The notes beneath the pieces were generated by a model, which was not told the origin of the DNA, did no database searches, and worked only from the letters and a program-made list of their open reading frames with translations. A program made the position numbers and the translations under genes. From sequence record SRR31156797_8979: a stretch of 43,618 nt of DNA. One strand, given 5' to 3'. Every line of letters starts with the position of its first letter. The stretch's first letter is position 1. Positions 25,220 through 34,958 of this stretch are shown here, piece by piece.

Positions 25220-27967
25220 TTAGATTAGAAACTTTCCAGTCACTGAATTCGGGTTAGCAATGATTTCCTCAGGTGTCCCTTGAGCTACAATCTGCCCGCC
25301 GGACTCCCCGCCTCCGGGACCTAAATCAAAAACATAGTCAGAAGCACGGATCACATCGGTATTATGCTCGATGACAATCACCGTGGCACCCTTCTCCACT
25401 AGCTGCTGCAGAACCTTGATCAGCTTACCGACCTCATGCATGTGCAGTCCGGTAGTAGGCTCATCAAGGATGTACAATGTTCCGGGCAGACTACGTTTGC
25501 CAAGCTCCCGAGAAATCTTGATCCGCTGCGCTTCACCACCGGAAAGGGTTGTAGCGGGCTGACCCAGTTGCAAATATTCAAGACCGACCTGTTCCAATAC
25601 TTCCAACCTGCGCTTAAGGGTCGGGTGATTCTCAAAGAAAGCCTTGGATTGACGCACAGTCAGATCCAGTACTTCCGCGATGTTCTTTCCCTTGTAATCC
25701 ACTTCCAGAGTCTGGCTGTTGTAGCGCTTGCCCTTGCAGACATCGCAGGTCACATACACGTCAGGCAGGAAATGCATTTCCACCCTGATCTGCCCATCAC
25801 CGCGGCAGGCTTCACAGCGACCGCCGCGCACGTTGAAACTGAAACGTCCGGGCTTGTAGCCACGTTTCTTGGACTCCTTGGTGGCGCAGAAAATCTTTCG
25901 AATCTCATCGAAAATCTTTGTATAAGTAGCCGGATTGGAACGCGGGGTTCTCCCGATAGGTGACTGGTCAATGGAAATGACCTTTTCCACCTTTTCAATA
26001 CCCTCAATGCCGGAAATTCGCCCGGGCTGATCCACTTTCACACCGCGCGAAAGTGCGAGGTGCTTGTACATGGAATCCACCACCAGCGAACTCTTACCCG
26101 AACCGGAAACCCCGGTAAAACAGCAAAGCACGCCTAGCGGAATATCCACGTCGAGATTCTTGAGGTTGTTGGTCTCAACCCCTTTCAGCTTAATCCAATC
26201 CTTGGGAATACGCCTTTCTTCCGGCTTATCCAAAGCCAGCTCCCCACGCAAATATTTAGCGGTCAAAGTCTGGGCCTTACCAAGCAGCTGTTTTACGCTG
26301 CCCTGAAAAACAATCTCCCCGCCAAGCATTCCCGAACCGGGTCCGATCTCAATGACATGGTCGGCATTGCGGATAGTGGATTCATCATGCTCCACCACTA
26401 GCACAGTATTACCACGTGACTGCAAGGAACGCAGAGTCTTGATCAGCCGTTCGTTATCACGAGGGTGCAACCCTATGGAAGGTTCATCAAGTACGTAGGT
26501 AACACCAACCAGCCCGGAACCGAGCTGTCCGGCCAACCTGATGCGCTGAGCCTCACCGCCGGACAAAGTAGCCATGTTCCGACCAAGGTTCAGATAATCA
26601 AGACCTACGTTGACCATGAATCCCAAACGGTGGGTCAGCTCCTTCAAAAGCGGTTCAGCAATGAGCATTTCATGACCGGAAAAGTCCAGCCCTTCCAGCC
26701 AGTCCAAAGCCCGCTTAATGGACATGGAGCAAAAATCGAAAATTGAAACTGAGTTAACTTTTACGGCTAATGACTCAGGACGTAACCTAGCACCTTCACA
26801 GGCAGGACAGGGCCGCGACTGTCTAAAACGGGAAAGCTCATCACGCCAGATGCGCCCGAGATTATGACCAACTTCAAGCAGATCGACCACGCCTTCCCAG
26901 CCCAATTCCTTATCGCCGTAGAACAAGGCTTTGTGAGCGGCCGCGGAAAACTCTGCGAGCGGGGTATCGACCTTGAAGCCGTGCTTTTTGCCCAGCGCCC
27001 GAAAATCCTTTTCATAGCGCTCGAACATCTTCGGAGATTTCCACGGAATAACAGCCCCGGTCTTAAGCGATAAACCTTTGTTAGGGGCCAGCAGTTCCGG
27101 CTCATAATAATCCACGCTGCCGAGACCGGAGCAGAGAGTACAGGCTCCCTGCGGGCTGTTGAACGAAAACAGCTGCGGCGAAAGTTTGGGCATGCTGATC
27201 TTACAGGAGGGGCAGGTGGACATGGTCGAAAGATAAACATCATCACCGCCGATAATAGAAACCACGATGGATTCGTCGCCATAGCGCAGAGCAAGCTCAA
27301 GAGAATCACCAAGACGCTTTTTCATGTCACCCTTGATTACAAGACGGTCCACCACGAGGTCGACATTGTGTTTCTTGTTTTTCTCAAGGTCCGGCACATC
27401 ATCAATTCCATAGACTTGCCCGTCCACGCGCACGCGCACAAAACCTTCTTTTTTCAGCTTCTTGAACAAATCCTTATGCGTCCCTTTCTGATGGTCCACC
27501 AGCGGAGCAAGCAGCATAAATCTGGTGCCTTCGCCAAGGGCCATGATCCGTTCCAGAATTTCATCCGAAGTCTGAGCCGCAATGGGAGTGCCGCATTCGG
27601 GACAGTGGAATTTGCCCAGTCTTGCAAAGAAGACACGCAGAAAATCGTAAATCTCGGTCACAGTACCCACAGTCGAACGCGGGTTGCGCGAAGTGGATTG
27701 CTGTTCCAGCGAGATTGCCGGGGAAAGCCCCTCGATCTTGTCCACCTTTGGTTTATCCAGCTGCGGCAGAAACTGCCTTGCGTAGGCGGAAAGGGATTCC
27801 ACATACCTTCGTTGGCCTTCAGCATAAACAATGTCGAAAGACAAGGTGGATTTACCGGACCCGGAAGGGCCACAAACCACCACCAGCTGGTCACGCGGGA
27901 TATCAAGGTTCAAATTCTTAAGGTTGTGCTGACGCGCACCTTCAATATGGATAGATTTTTTATTCAT
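25220..27967 (-). CDS. uvrA: Excinuclease ABC subunit A
   Basis: GARQHNLKN, GPSGSGKS, EGQRRYVESLS, two LSGGEAQRI signatures, zinc fingers and GRTPRSNPATY. Confidence 0.98.
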   Translation of the reverse strand: MNKKSIHIEGARQHNLKNLNLDIPRDQLVVVCGPSGSGKSTLSFDIVYAEGQRRYVESLSAYARQFLPQLDKPKVDKIEGLSPAISLEQQSTSRNPRSTVGTVTEIYDFLRVFFARLGKFHCPECGTPIAAQTSDEILERIMALGEGTRFMLLAPLVDHQKGTHKDLFKKLKKEGFVRVRVDGQVYGIDDVPDLEKNKKHNVDLVVDRLVIKGDMKKRLGDSLELALRYGDESIVVSIIGGDDVYLSTMSTCPSCKISMPKLSPQLFSFNSPQGACTLCSGLGSVDYYEPELLAPNKGLSLKTGAVIPWKSPKMFERYEKDFRALGKKHGFKVDTPLAEFSAAAHKALFYGDKELGWEGVVDLLEVGHNLGRIWRDELSRFRQSRPCPACEGARLRPESLAVKVNSVSIFDFCSMSIKRALDWLEGLDFSGHEMLIAEPLLKELTHRLGFMVNVGLDYLNLGRNMATLSGGEAQRIRLAGQLGSGLVGVTYVLDEPSIGLHPRDNERLIKTLRSLQSRGNTVLVVEHDESTIRNADHVIEIGPGSGMLGGEIVFQGSVKQLLGKAQTLTAKYLRGELALDKPEERRIPKDWIKLKGVETNNLKNLDVDIPLGVLCCFTGVSGSGKSSLVVDSMYKHLALSRGVKVDQPGRISGIEGIEKVEKVISIDQSPIGRTPRSNPATYTKIFDEIRKIFCATKESKKRGYKPGRFSFNVRGGRCEACRGDGQIRVEMHFLPDVYVTCDVCKGKRYNSQTLEVDYKGKNIAEVLDLTVRQSKAFFENHPTLKRRLEVLEQVGLEYLQLGQPATTLSGGEAQRIKISRELGKRSLPGTLYILDEPTTGLHMHEVGKLIKVLQQLVEKGATVIVIEHNTDVIRASDYVFDLGPGGGESGGQIVAQGTPEEIIANPNSVTGKFLI

Positions 27968-27986
27968 GATAAGAGGATGATTTGGT

Positions 27987-28172
27987 GCGCTTAGCGCTTT
28001 CAGTTTATTAAAATTTACCTCCGTAGGCTTAAACCCTTTTTGCAAAGAGAGCTTAAGAATCCCACAAATCCGCAGGAAAGCGGATTCGAGAGTTGCCTAA
28101 AAGGCAACGATCCTAAGGGATGAGCCGCAGGAAGGGGCGATGCAAAACCTTTTACTGCGGTTTCACCGTGCC
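27987..28172. repeat. Multi-hairpin intergenic element (REP/BIME-like repeat or structured RNA) upstream of uvrA
   Basis: Hairpins at 27987-27997, 28028-28057, 28067-28086, 28092-28108, 28110-28121 and 28145-28163; CCGCAGGAA repeated at 28070 and 28125. Confidence 0.5.
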
Positions 28173-28257
28173 ATGCGATTGTTTAGATAAAATTAACACG
28201 AAAGAAAATAATAAGCACTTCTAAAAAGAAGGCAAGTATATTAGGAATGATTCTTAA

Positions 28258-29088
28258 TTATTTTTTTATATCAACTTCGTTTGATTCGCATTTTGGCACT
28301 GCACAGGTTGAAAAATTATCTTCCACATCTTCAAGGCCGTGTTCTCTGATATCGGCTATGAACAGCTCCACCAATTTTGGATCAAGCGACGGACCTGCCA
28401 GCTTTCGCAGAATGGAAAAAGCTTTATCAAGATCCATGGCATCCTGATAGCTGCGGGTAGTGGTCACCGCGTCAAATACATCAGCAATGGACAAAATACG
28501 TGATCCAATCTTGATTTCATCGCCCTGCAAACCGTTAGGATATCCGGTGCCGTCCAGCCGCTCATGATGCGAACGGACATACTCCAAAGCAGGCCCAAGA
28601 AATTCCAGACTACGCAGCATTTTAAATCCCCATTCCGGGTGACACTTGATCTCAGCAAGCATATCCGAATCCACTTTGGTATCCACATTCTGGATCAAGC
28701 GATCACTGAAACCGATTTTGCCGATATCATGCAAAGTCCCGGCAACGTGTACGGTCCAGATTTCATCTTCGGAAAGGCCCATCCTGCGGGCTAACCGTTC
28801 GCAATAAAGCCCCACCCTTTCCGCATGCCCACGGGTATACGGATCACGCAAGCTCAAACCACGGGCCACAGCCTTGACGGTTGCCACCACATTACATTTA
28901 AGCTCATCGTTAGCCTGCTCAAGCGCAAACTCACGGGCCTCAATGCGGACCATCATCAACCCCACTGATTCCGCCAGTTCCCGCACGTAAGGATCATATT
29001 CATCCGTAGTCAAATGCATGATGTCATTGGAATAATTCCCCCCGGAAATTTCCTGAATGCAGGTCAGCAATTCGGTAAGTCCTTTCAT
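28258..29088 (-). CDS. HD-GYP domain protein (c-di-GMP phosphodiesterase family)
   Basis: DPYTRGHAERV, LHDIGK, HHERLDGTGYP, IADVFDA and RSY; short HAMP-like N-terminus. Confidence 0.93.
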   Translation of the reverse strand: MKGLTELLTCIQEISGGNYSNDIMHLTTDEYDPYVRELAESVGLMMVRIEAREFALEQANDELKCNVVATVKAVARGLSLRDPYTRGHAERVGLYCERLARRMGLSEDEIWTVHVAGTLHDIGKIGFSDRLIQNVDTKVDSDMLAEIKCHPEWGFKMLRSLEFLGPALEYVRSHHERLDGTGYPNGLQGDEIKIGSRILSIADVFDAVTTTRSYQDAMDLDKAFSILRKLAGPSLDPKLVELFIADIREHGLEDVEDNFSTCAVPKCESNEVDIKK

Positions 29089-29219
29089 GTGGGTGTCCGT
29101 GGTTTAGTGTAATCGGGAGTGGAAGTCTTACGACTTTATACTGAAATTGTTGGGTGGGGGATAGGGGGGGTGAAGGATGGAAAATTTGAAGAACGGCAAA
29201 AGCCTACTCTTAATCTCCC

Positions 29220-29714
29220 CTACTTCTCAACCTTCTCCCCACGATAAGTATCCCACTCGGCAACTCCGCCACCAATGTAAACCTGTCCCGGTAAGGGGAA
29301 GTGAGTATGGATAAATATCCATTTCCGTTCAGCCTTCGCATGCTTAACCAGAGCGTCAGCGATGGCGGTCATCATCGCCTTCACCTTATCGTCATCAAAG
29401 AAGCCCGGCACATAGAGGTCAACAAACAGAGGCTTACTACTAGGTTTCCCTTCATACACCACAGCATCAAAGGTCTGCCAATAGTAGGTGATAAATAATT
29501 CTTTAACGCCAGTATCCCGACTAACATCCTTGCTGACCGCTGCCAGAACTTTCTCAACATCAAGGTCGGTTTTGGGTGAGGTGACCCGGACCATGGGATC
29601 GGCAGGATCGATACCGCCTTCAGCATAAGAACTGGCAGGAAAAAGACATGCTGCACAGATAATGCAAAGCAGGACAAACACTGGAATGAATACTTTTTTA
29701 GCGGGATACGGCAT
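29220..29714 (-). CDS. Exported hypothetical protein with a possible tautomerase/MIF-like fold
   Basis: Signal peptide ending SYA; PMVRVTS start of a beta-alpha-beta unit; second unit ending WIFIHTH...QVYIGG; GAGG SD. Confidence 0.7.
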   Translation of the reverse strand: MPYPAKKVFIPVFVLLCIICAACLFPASSYAEGGIDPADPMVRVTSPKTDLDVEKVLAAVSKDVSRDTGVKELFITYYWQTFDAVVYEGKPSSKPLFVDLYVPGFFDDDKVKAMMTAIADALVKHAKAERKWIFIHTHFPLPGQVYIGGGVAEWDTYRGEKVEK

Positions 29715-29751
29715 TTTAAAATCCTCGGATTTAAATATGATGCTTGCTGAC

Positions 29752-29791
29752 AAAAACAAACGGGCCGCTGTATTTCTACAACGGCCCGTTT
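29752..29791 (-). terminator. Intrinsic terminator after folD
   Basis: AAACGGGCCG/CGGCCCGTTT stem plus T-rich tail. Confidence 0.85.
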
Positions 29792-29818
29792 ATTTTGGAA
29801 AGCTTATTCAACGAACGG

Positions 29819-30679
29819 TTAAGCCCCGACATGCTCCTTGTAAGCCTGTACGGTATTAATCAGAAGCTGGGCAATGGTCATGGGACCGACACCGCCAGGA
29901 ACCGGGGTCATGGCAGAAGCAACGCCTTCGAGAGCAGCGTAGTCACAGTCACCAACCAGACCTTCGTCTGTGCGGTTAATGCCTACGTCAACAACTACTG
30001 CGCCGTCTTTGACCATCTCTTTCTTGATGAACTTGGCAATGCCGATAGCGGCGAAAACGAAATCCGCGGCTTTGACTTCCTCAGCGAGATTGTCAGTACG
30101 GGAATGGCAGACAGTTACGGTGGCGTTTGCGAAATCACCGTACTGCATGAGCATCATGGCAAGAGGTTTGCCTACAATGTTGGAACGACCGACTACTACG
30201 GCTTTCTTGCCGGAGGTGGGCAGGTTGTAACGTTCCAGCAGGGTCATGATACCTGCGGGGGTGCAGGAACGGAAGCCGGGCAGGCCGAGCATGAGCTTAC
30301 CTACGTTCATGGGGTGGAAACCATCAACGTCTTTGCCGGGATCGATAAGTTCGAGGCAGCGCTGGCTGTCCAGTCCTTTGGGCAGGGGCAGCTGCAGCAG
30401 GATACCGTCGATGGTGTCATCTGCGTTGAGCTTCTGGATCAGTGCTTCAAGATCTTCCTGAGAAACGGATGCATCAATACGATGTGCAGTGGAAACGATT
30501 CCCGCTTTTTCGCAAGCGATTTCCTTGTTACGCACGTAAACCTGAGATGCGGGGTCCTCGCCGACCAGAATAACGGCCAGACCGGGCGCTCTACCGTGTT
30601 TTTCTTTAAGTCCGTCTATCTCTACTTTCAGCTCTTCACGAATAGTAAGGGCTGTTTCTTTACCATTCAAAATCTGCAT
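29819..30679 (-). CDS. folD: Bifunctional methylenetetrahydrofolate dehydrogenase/cyclohydrolase
   Basis: [33 protein letters not shown] and [11 protein letters not shown]. Confidence 0.98.
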   Translation of the reverse strand: MQILNGKETALTIREELKVEIDGLKEKHGRAPGLAVILVGEDPASQVYVRNKEIACEKAGIVSTAHRIDASVSQEDLEALIQKLNADDTIDGILLQLPLPKGLDSQRCLELIDPGKDVDGFHPMNVGKLMLGLPGFRSCTPAGIMTLLERYNLPTSGKKAVVVGRSNIVGKPLAMMLMQYGDFANATVTVCHSRTDNLAEEVKAADFVFAAIGIAKFIKKEMVKDGAVVVDVGINRTDEGLVGDCDYAALEGVASAMTPVPGGVGPMTIAQLLINTVQAYKEHVGA

Positions 30680-30766
30680 TGAAATTTCTCCGCTGTTTAA
30701 GGCCTGTGGGTGAAAAATGCATATTGTAATTTTCTCCCACTGGCAAGCACACAACCCCCTTAAGAA

Positions 30767-31567
30767 TTATTCCGGGGTCTTTAACTGGATGACCGTCCTC
30801 TTTTCGATTTCAAGACTATTTATATCCTGACCATAATATTTATCCAATAGTTTATTGATCAGGCCCGACGATTGGGCTTTCTGCAAGGCTTTTTCTAATA
30901 TAGGTTTAAGCTCTTTATGTCGGGGAGAAAGGTAGAGTATGATGTTTTTATCATACGAGAAAAGTATGTTCGGAACAATTGTCAGTTCTGGGTAGGAACG
31001 TATCTCTTCCTGCGCTTCGAGAACAGATCGCGGGAAATAGTCAACATTCCTATTAGAACGGCTCAGCATGCAATAAATAAGCTGCCAGTCCGCCACAGCT
31101 GTATACTTCAAATCGTTTTCTTCCCACACCCTGTTATCGAACCATTTTTGTCCGAACGCACCGACGAGATTCAAAGCTCGCAAATCGTCTAACGATTTTA
31201 CTTTATCAAAAAGTTCTATCTTAGATCTTGCAACAACTAACACCCGCTTTGAAATTAAACCTCTGGTAAGCGGAACGTTAATGGGAATAAGTTCTTCGTC
31301 ATACTTTTTACTTTGTATTAGCGGAAGTACGTCGATTGAGCCATGCTCAAGCATGCGCCGTTTACGCAAGTGCGGGTAACATTTCACTCTAACAAGACTA
31401 ACTTCAGGACTACTTGCTTGAAGTGCACTGGAGAGCAACTCTGCAACAAACCGGCTGTTCTTCGTTTTACAATAGGAATACCGAACACTTATATCTGCAT
31501 AAGTGACACTTGAAAACATCAGTACAGCAAGCAATGCCGAAAATGTAAATTTTACACGCATACCCAT
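30767..31567 (-). CDS. Periplasmic solute-binding-protein-like (type II fold) protein, orphan
   Basis: Signal peptide ending TYA; LIPINVPLTRG, VDYFPRS and C-terminal SGLINKLLDKYY resemble family-3-like binding proteins; visibly AT-rich. Confidence 0.72.
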   Translation of the reverse strand: MGMRVKFTFSALLAVLMFSSVTYADISVRYSYCKTKNSRFVAELLSSALQASSPEVSLVRVKCYPHLRKRRMLEHGSIDVLPLIQSKKYDEELIPINVPLTRGLISKRVLVVARSKIELFDKVKSLDDLRALNLVGAFGQKWFDNRVWEENDLKYTAVADWQLIYCMLSRSNRNVDYFPRSVLEAQEEIRSYPELTIVPNILFSYDKNIILYLSPRHKELKPILEKALQKAQSSGLINKLLDKYYGQDINSLEIEKRTVIQLKTPE

Positions 31568-31628
31568 ACATATCTTTCGCCGTCTGAGGGGTCAATATCA
31601 ATAGACTTACTACATAAACAGCACATGC

Positions 31629-31664
31629 AAAAACAGGGCTGCGGGTATAGCCCCACAGCCCTGT
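31629..31664 (-). terminator. Intrinsic terminator after eno
   Basis: ACAGGGCTG/CAGCCCTGT stem plus T-tract. Confidence 0.85.
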
Positions 31665-31706
31665 AATAAGCAAATAGAACGTCAGCCTGTTGCTGAACAG
31701 ATAATC

Positions 31707-33077
<1,371 letters not shown>

Positions 33078-33082
33078 CTAAA

Positions 33083-33868
33083 CTATTTTTCACTGCCAAA
33101 CCAAGCCATGCGCAAACCGTCCAGAAGGAGGGTCGGCTCCACATGATCAATGGCCCGGCAGACTTCAGCTATCTTAGAGGCGAAACCTCCGGTGGCGATG
33201 AGTTCAACCTCCCCGCCGAGAGTCTTGCCCAAACGCTCACTCAAGCCTTCAACCATGGCTGCGAATCCGAAGATAAGCCCCTGATTGAGGCTATCTGCGG
33301 TACTCTTACCCGGCCTGATAGTATCAGACTCGATCTCTAAAGAAATATGCGGCAGCTTGGCGGTCCCGGATGCCAGCGCCTTGGTGGAGGAGAGCACACC
33401 GGGGCAGATCAAACCGCCCATGTAATCCATACCGACCACACAGTCGAAGGTGGTGGCGGTGCCGAAATCAACAACTATGAGGTTTTCGCTGTCGCTGATC
33501 TGGCGGCCCGCAAAAGCGGTAACCAGTCTGTCCGCGCCAACTTCCCACGGCCTTTCGTACTTATTGTTAAGGGCCAGCGGGATGGAATCCGGGGCAAAAC
33601 GCAGCTCGCAGGGGAAAAACCTTTCCACGGCCCGCTTAAGGATCGGGTTCATGGGCGGAACAACCGATGAAACGGCCCCGCCGATAATATCCTCATTGGA
33701 GAATCCGGCTACCCGGCAAATTTCAACGAGTTTGAGGCCCCATGAATCCGCTGTGCCTCCGGGGTCGGTGGGCAAAGTGAATGAAGGACCGATTTTGTCA
33801 CGGGTGGAAAAACCGATTTTGGTATTGGTGTTTCCCACATCAAAAAGTAAAATAGTTTCCGAACTCAA
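33083..33868 (-). CDS. coaX: Type III pantothenate kinase
   Basis: DVGNTN, SSVVP, GADR, VVDFGTATT, GGLICPG and ATGG; probable TTG start with GGAG SD. Confidence 0.96.
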   Translation of the reverse strand: MSSETILLFDVGNTNTKIGFSTRDKIGPSFTLPTDPGGTADSWGLKLVEICRVAGFSNEDIIGGAVSSVVPPMNPILKRAVERFFPCELRFAPDSIPLALNNKYERPWEVGADRLVTAFAGRQISDSENLIVVDFGTATTFDCVVGMDYMGGLICPGVLSSTKALASGTAKLPHISLEIESDTIRPGKSTADSLNQGLIFGFAAMVEGLSERLGKTLGGEVELIATGGFASKIAEVCRAIDHVEPTLLLDGLRMAWFGSEK

Positions 33869-34109
33869 TGGTGAACTCCGCTGCTTGCTGGATTCTTGCT
33901 CCAAAGTCTAATACCATATTCCGCAAAAACTAAAAACATGATTGCGATACAATTGTGGTACAACCATAAGCCAGTTTTCAAAGACCGCTCGAAAAACGAA
34001 AATCGCAGTTGATTCTTCTTTACGCCCAGCCTTTTAAGACCTATCAGGATGACCGCGTACTCCATTCTTGAAAAGGAATCAATATGGTTTTCTGATCGGA
34101 AGTGAACAT

Positions 34110-34135
34110 AAAAATGTTCGAATTGCAACATTTTT
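34110..34135. promoter_or_regulatory. Perfect inverted repeat, candidate operator
   Basis: AAAAATGTT-N8-AACATTTTT in the divergent coaX/MerR-like intergenic region. Confidence 0.45.
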
Positions 34136-34238
34136 GTAATAATCTGATAGTTTATTGACTTGTCTTGCATTAAAAATTAAAAAAAAATAATAATAAAAAA
34201 AGTTTGAATTTCCCATGAACCACAATGCGGAGCATGCC

Positions 34239-34853
34239 GTGCCAGACAAAAAACTTCTTTCCATTGCGGAAATTTCGCGCCTGCTGGAGGTCCCTGAGTC
34301 AACCCTCCACTACTGGAAGAATCGTTTCGCCCAGTACCTGCCCAGTACAGGACGTAATAGGCAGAAAAGATTCAAATCCGAAGCAGTTGAAATTTTTAAA
34401 ATTATCGCCTCCATGCTCAAACAGGGCCATACCGCCGAAGACGTTATGGCCGAACTTTCCCGCAAATATCCGGTCAATGTGGCTATTGATGCGCAAAGTC
34501 CGGAAGTCACAGCGCCAGCCGCTCCCGCCCAAATGCAGCAGGCCAATCTGGAACCGGCCATACAGCTGGCTGCAGCCATGGGTACAGAAATAGCCAAATC
34601 CATCAATGAAGGACTGAAAGGGCTACTCTCCTGCATGCCGCAAGGAGCCATATCCGAAGACGTAAAAGCCTGCATGGACAAAACTACCGCCGACCTGAAC
34701 TCCCAAAATGAAAGTATAGAGGGCTTAAAAAATGAGAATGGACAACTCAAAGAAAAGCTTTCCATCATGGAAGCAGAACTGGTCCGGCTTCGTAAGGACC
34801 GCCGGGAAATGGAAAAGTTCCTCCTTGACAAGCTGAAAAACATTACTAAGTAA
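34239..34853 (+). CDS. MerR-type HTH protein with C-terminal coiled coil
   Basis: SIAEISRLLEVPESTLHYW...QKRF HTH, an A/P/Q linker and a heptad-rich C-terminus. GTG 34239 has a GGAG SD; alternative ATG at 34215. Confidence 0.88.
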   Translation: MPDKKLLSIAEISRLLEVPESTLHYWKNRFAQYLPSTGRNRQKRFKSEAVEIFKIIASMLKQGHTAEDVMAELSRKYPVNVAIDAQSPEVTAPAAPAQMQQANLEPAIQLAAAMGTEIAKSINEGLKGLLSCMPQGAISEDVKACMDKTTADLNSQNESIEGLKNENGQLKEKLSIMEAELVRLRKDRREMEKFLLDKLKNITK

Positions 34854-34958
34854 TCCTTGCCTTTTGTTCCTGAAGGAACACCCAAAATTAAAATCCAATA
34901 ACCTTCCGGTCATACATTAGTAGGTCCGGAAGGAATTTTATGTTTATGGAGGAACTAA

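Noticed and set aside
27968..28045. 26-aa N-terminal extension of UvrA in the ORF track
   Set aside because: UvrA homology begins at MNKKSIHIEGA. The extension starts at a TTG inside the hairpin element with no SD.
29744..30682. 312-aa plus-strand ORF
   Set aside because: Antisense shadow of folD.
33865..34170. 101-aa minus-strand ORF upstream of coaX
   Set aside because: AT-rich divergent promoter region, no SD and no motif; probably spurious.
34854..34958. CIRCE, HAIR or sigma-32 element before htpG
   Set aside because: No TTAGCACTC-N9-GAGTGCTAA or CTTGAGT-N7-ACTCAAG, and the sigma-32-like hexamers have unconvincing spacing.
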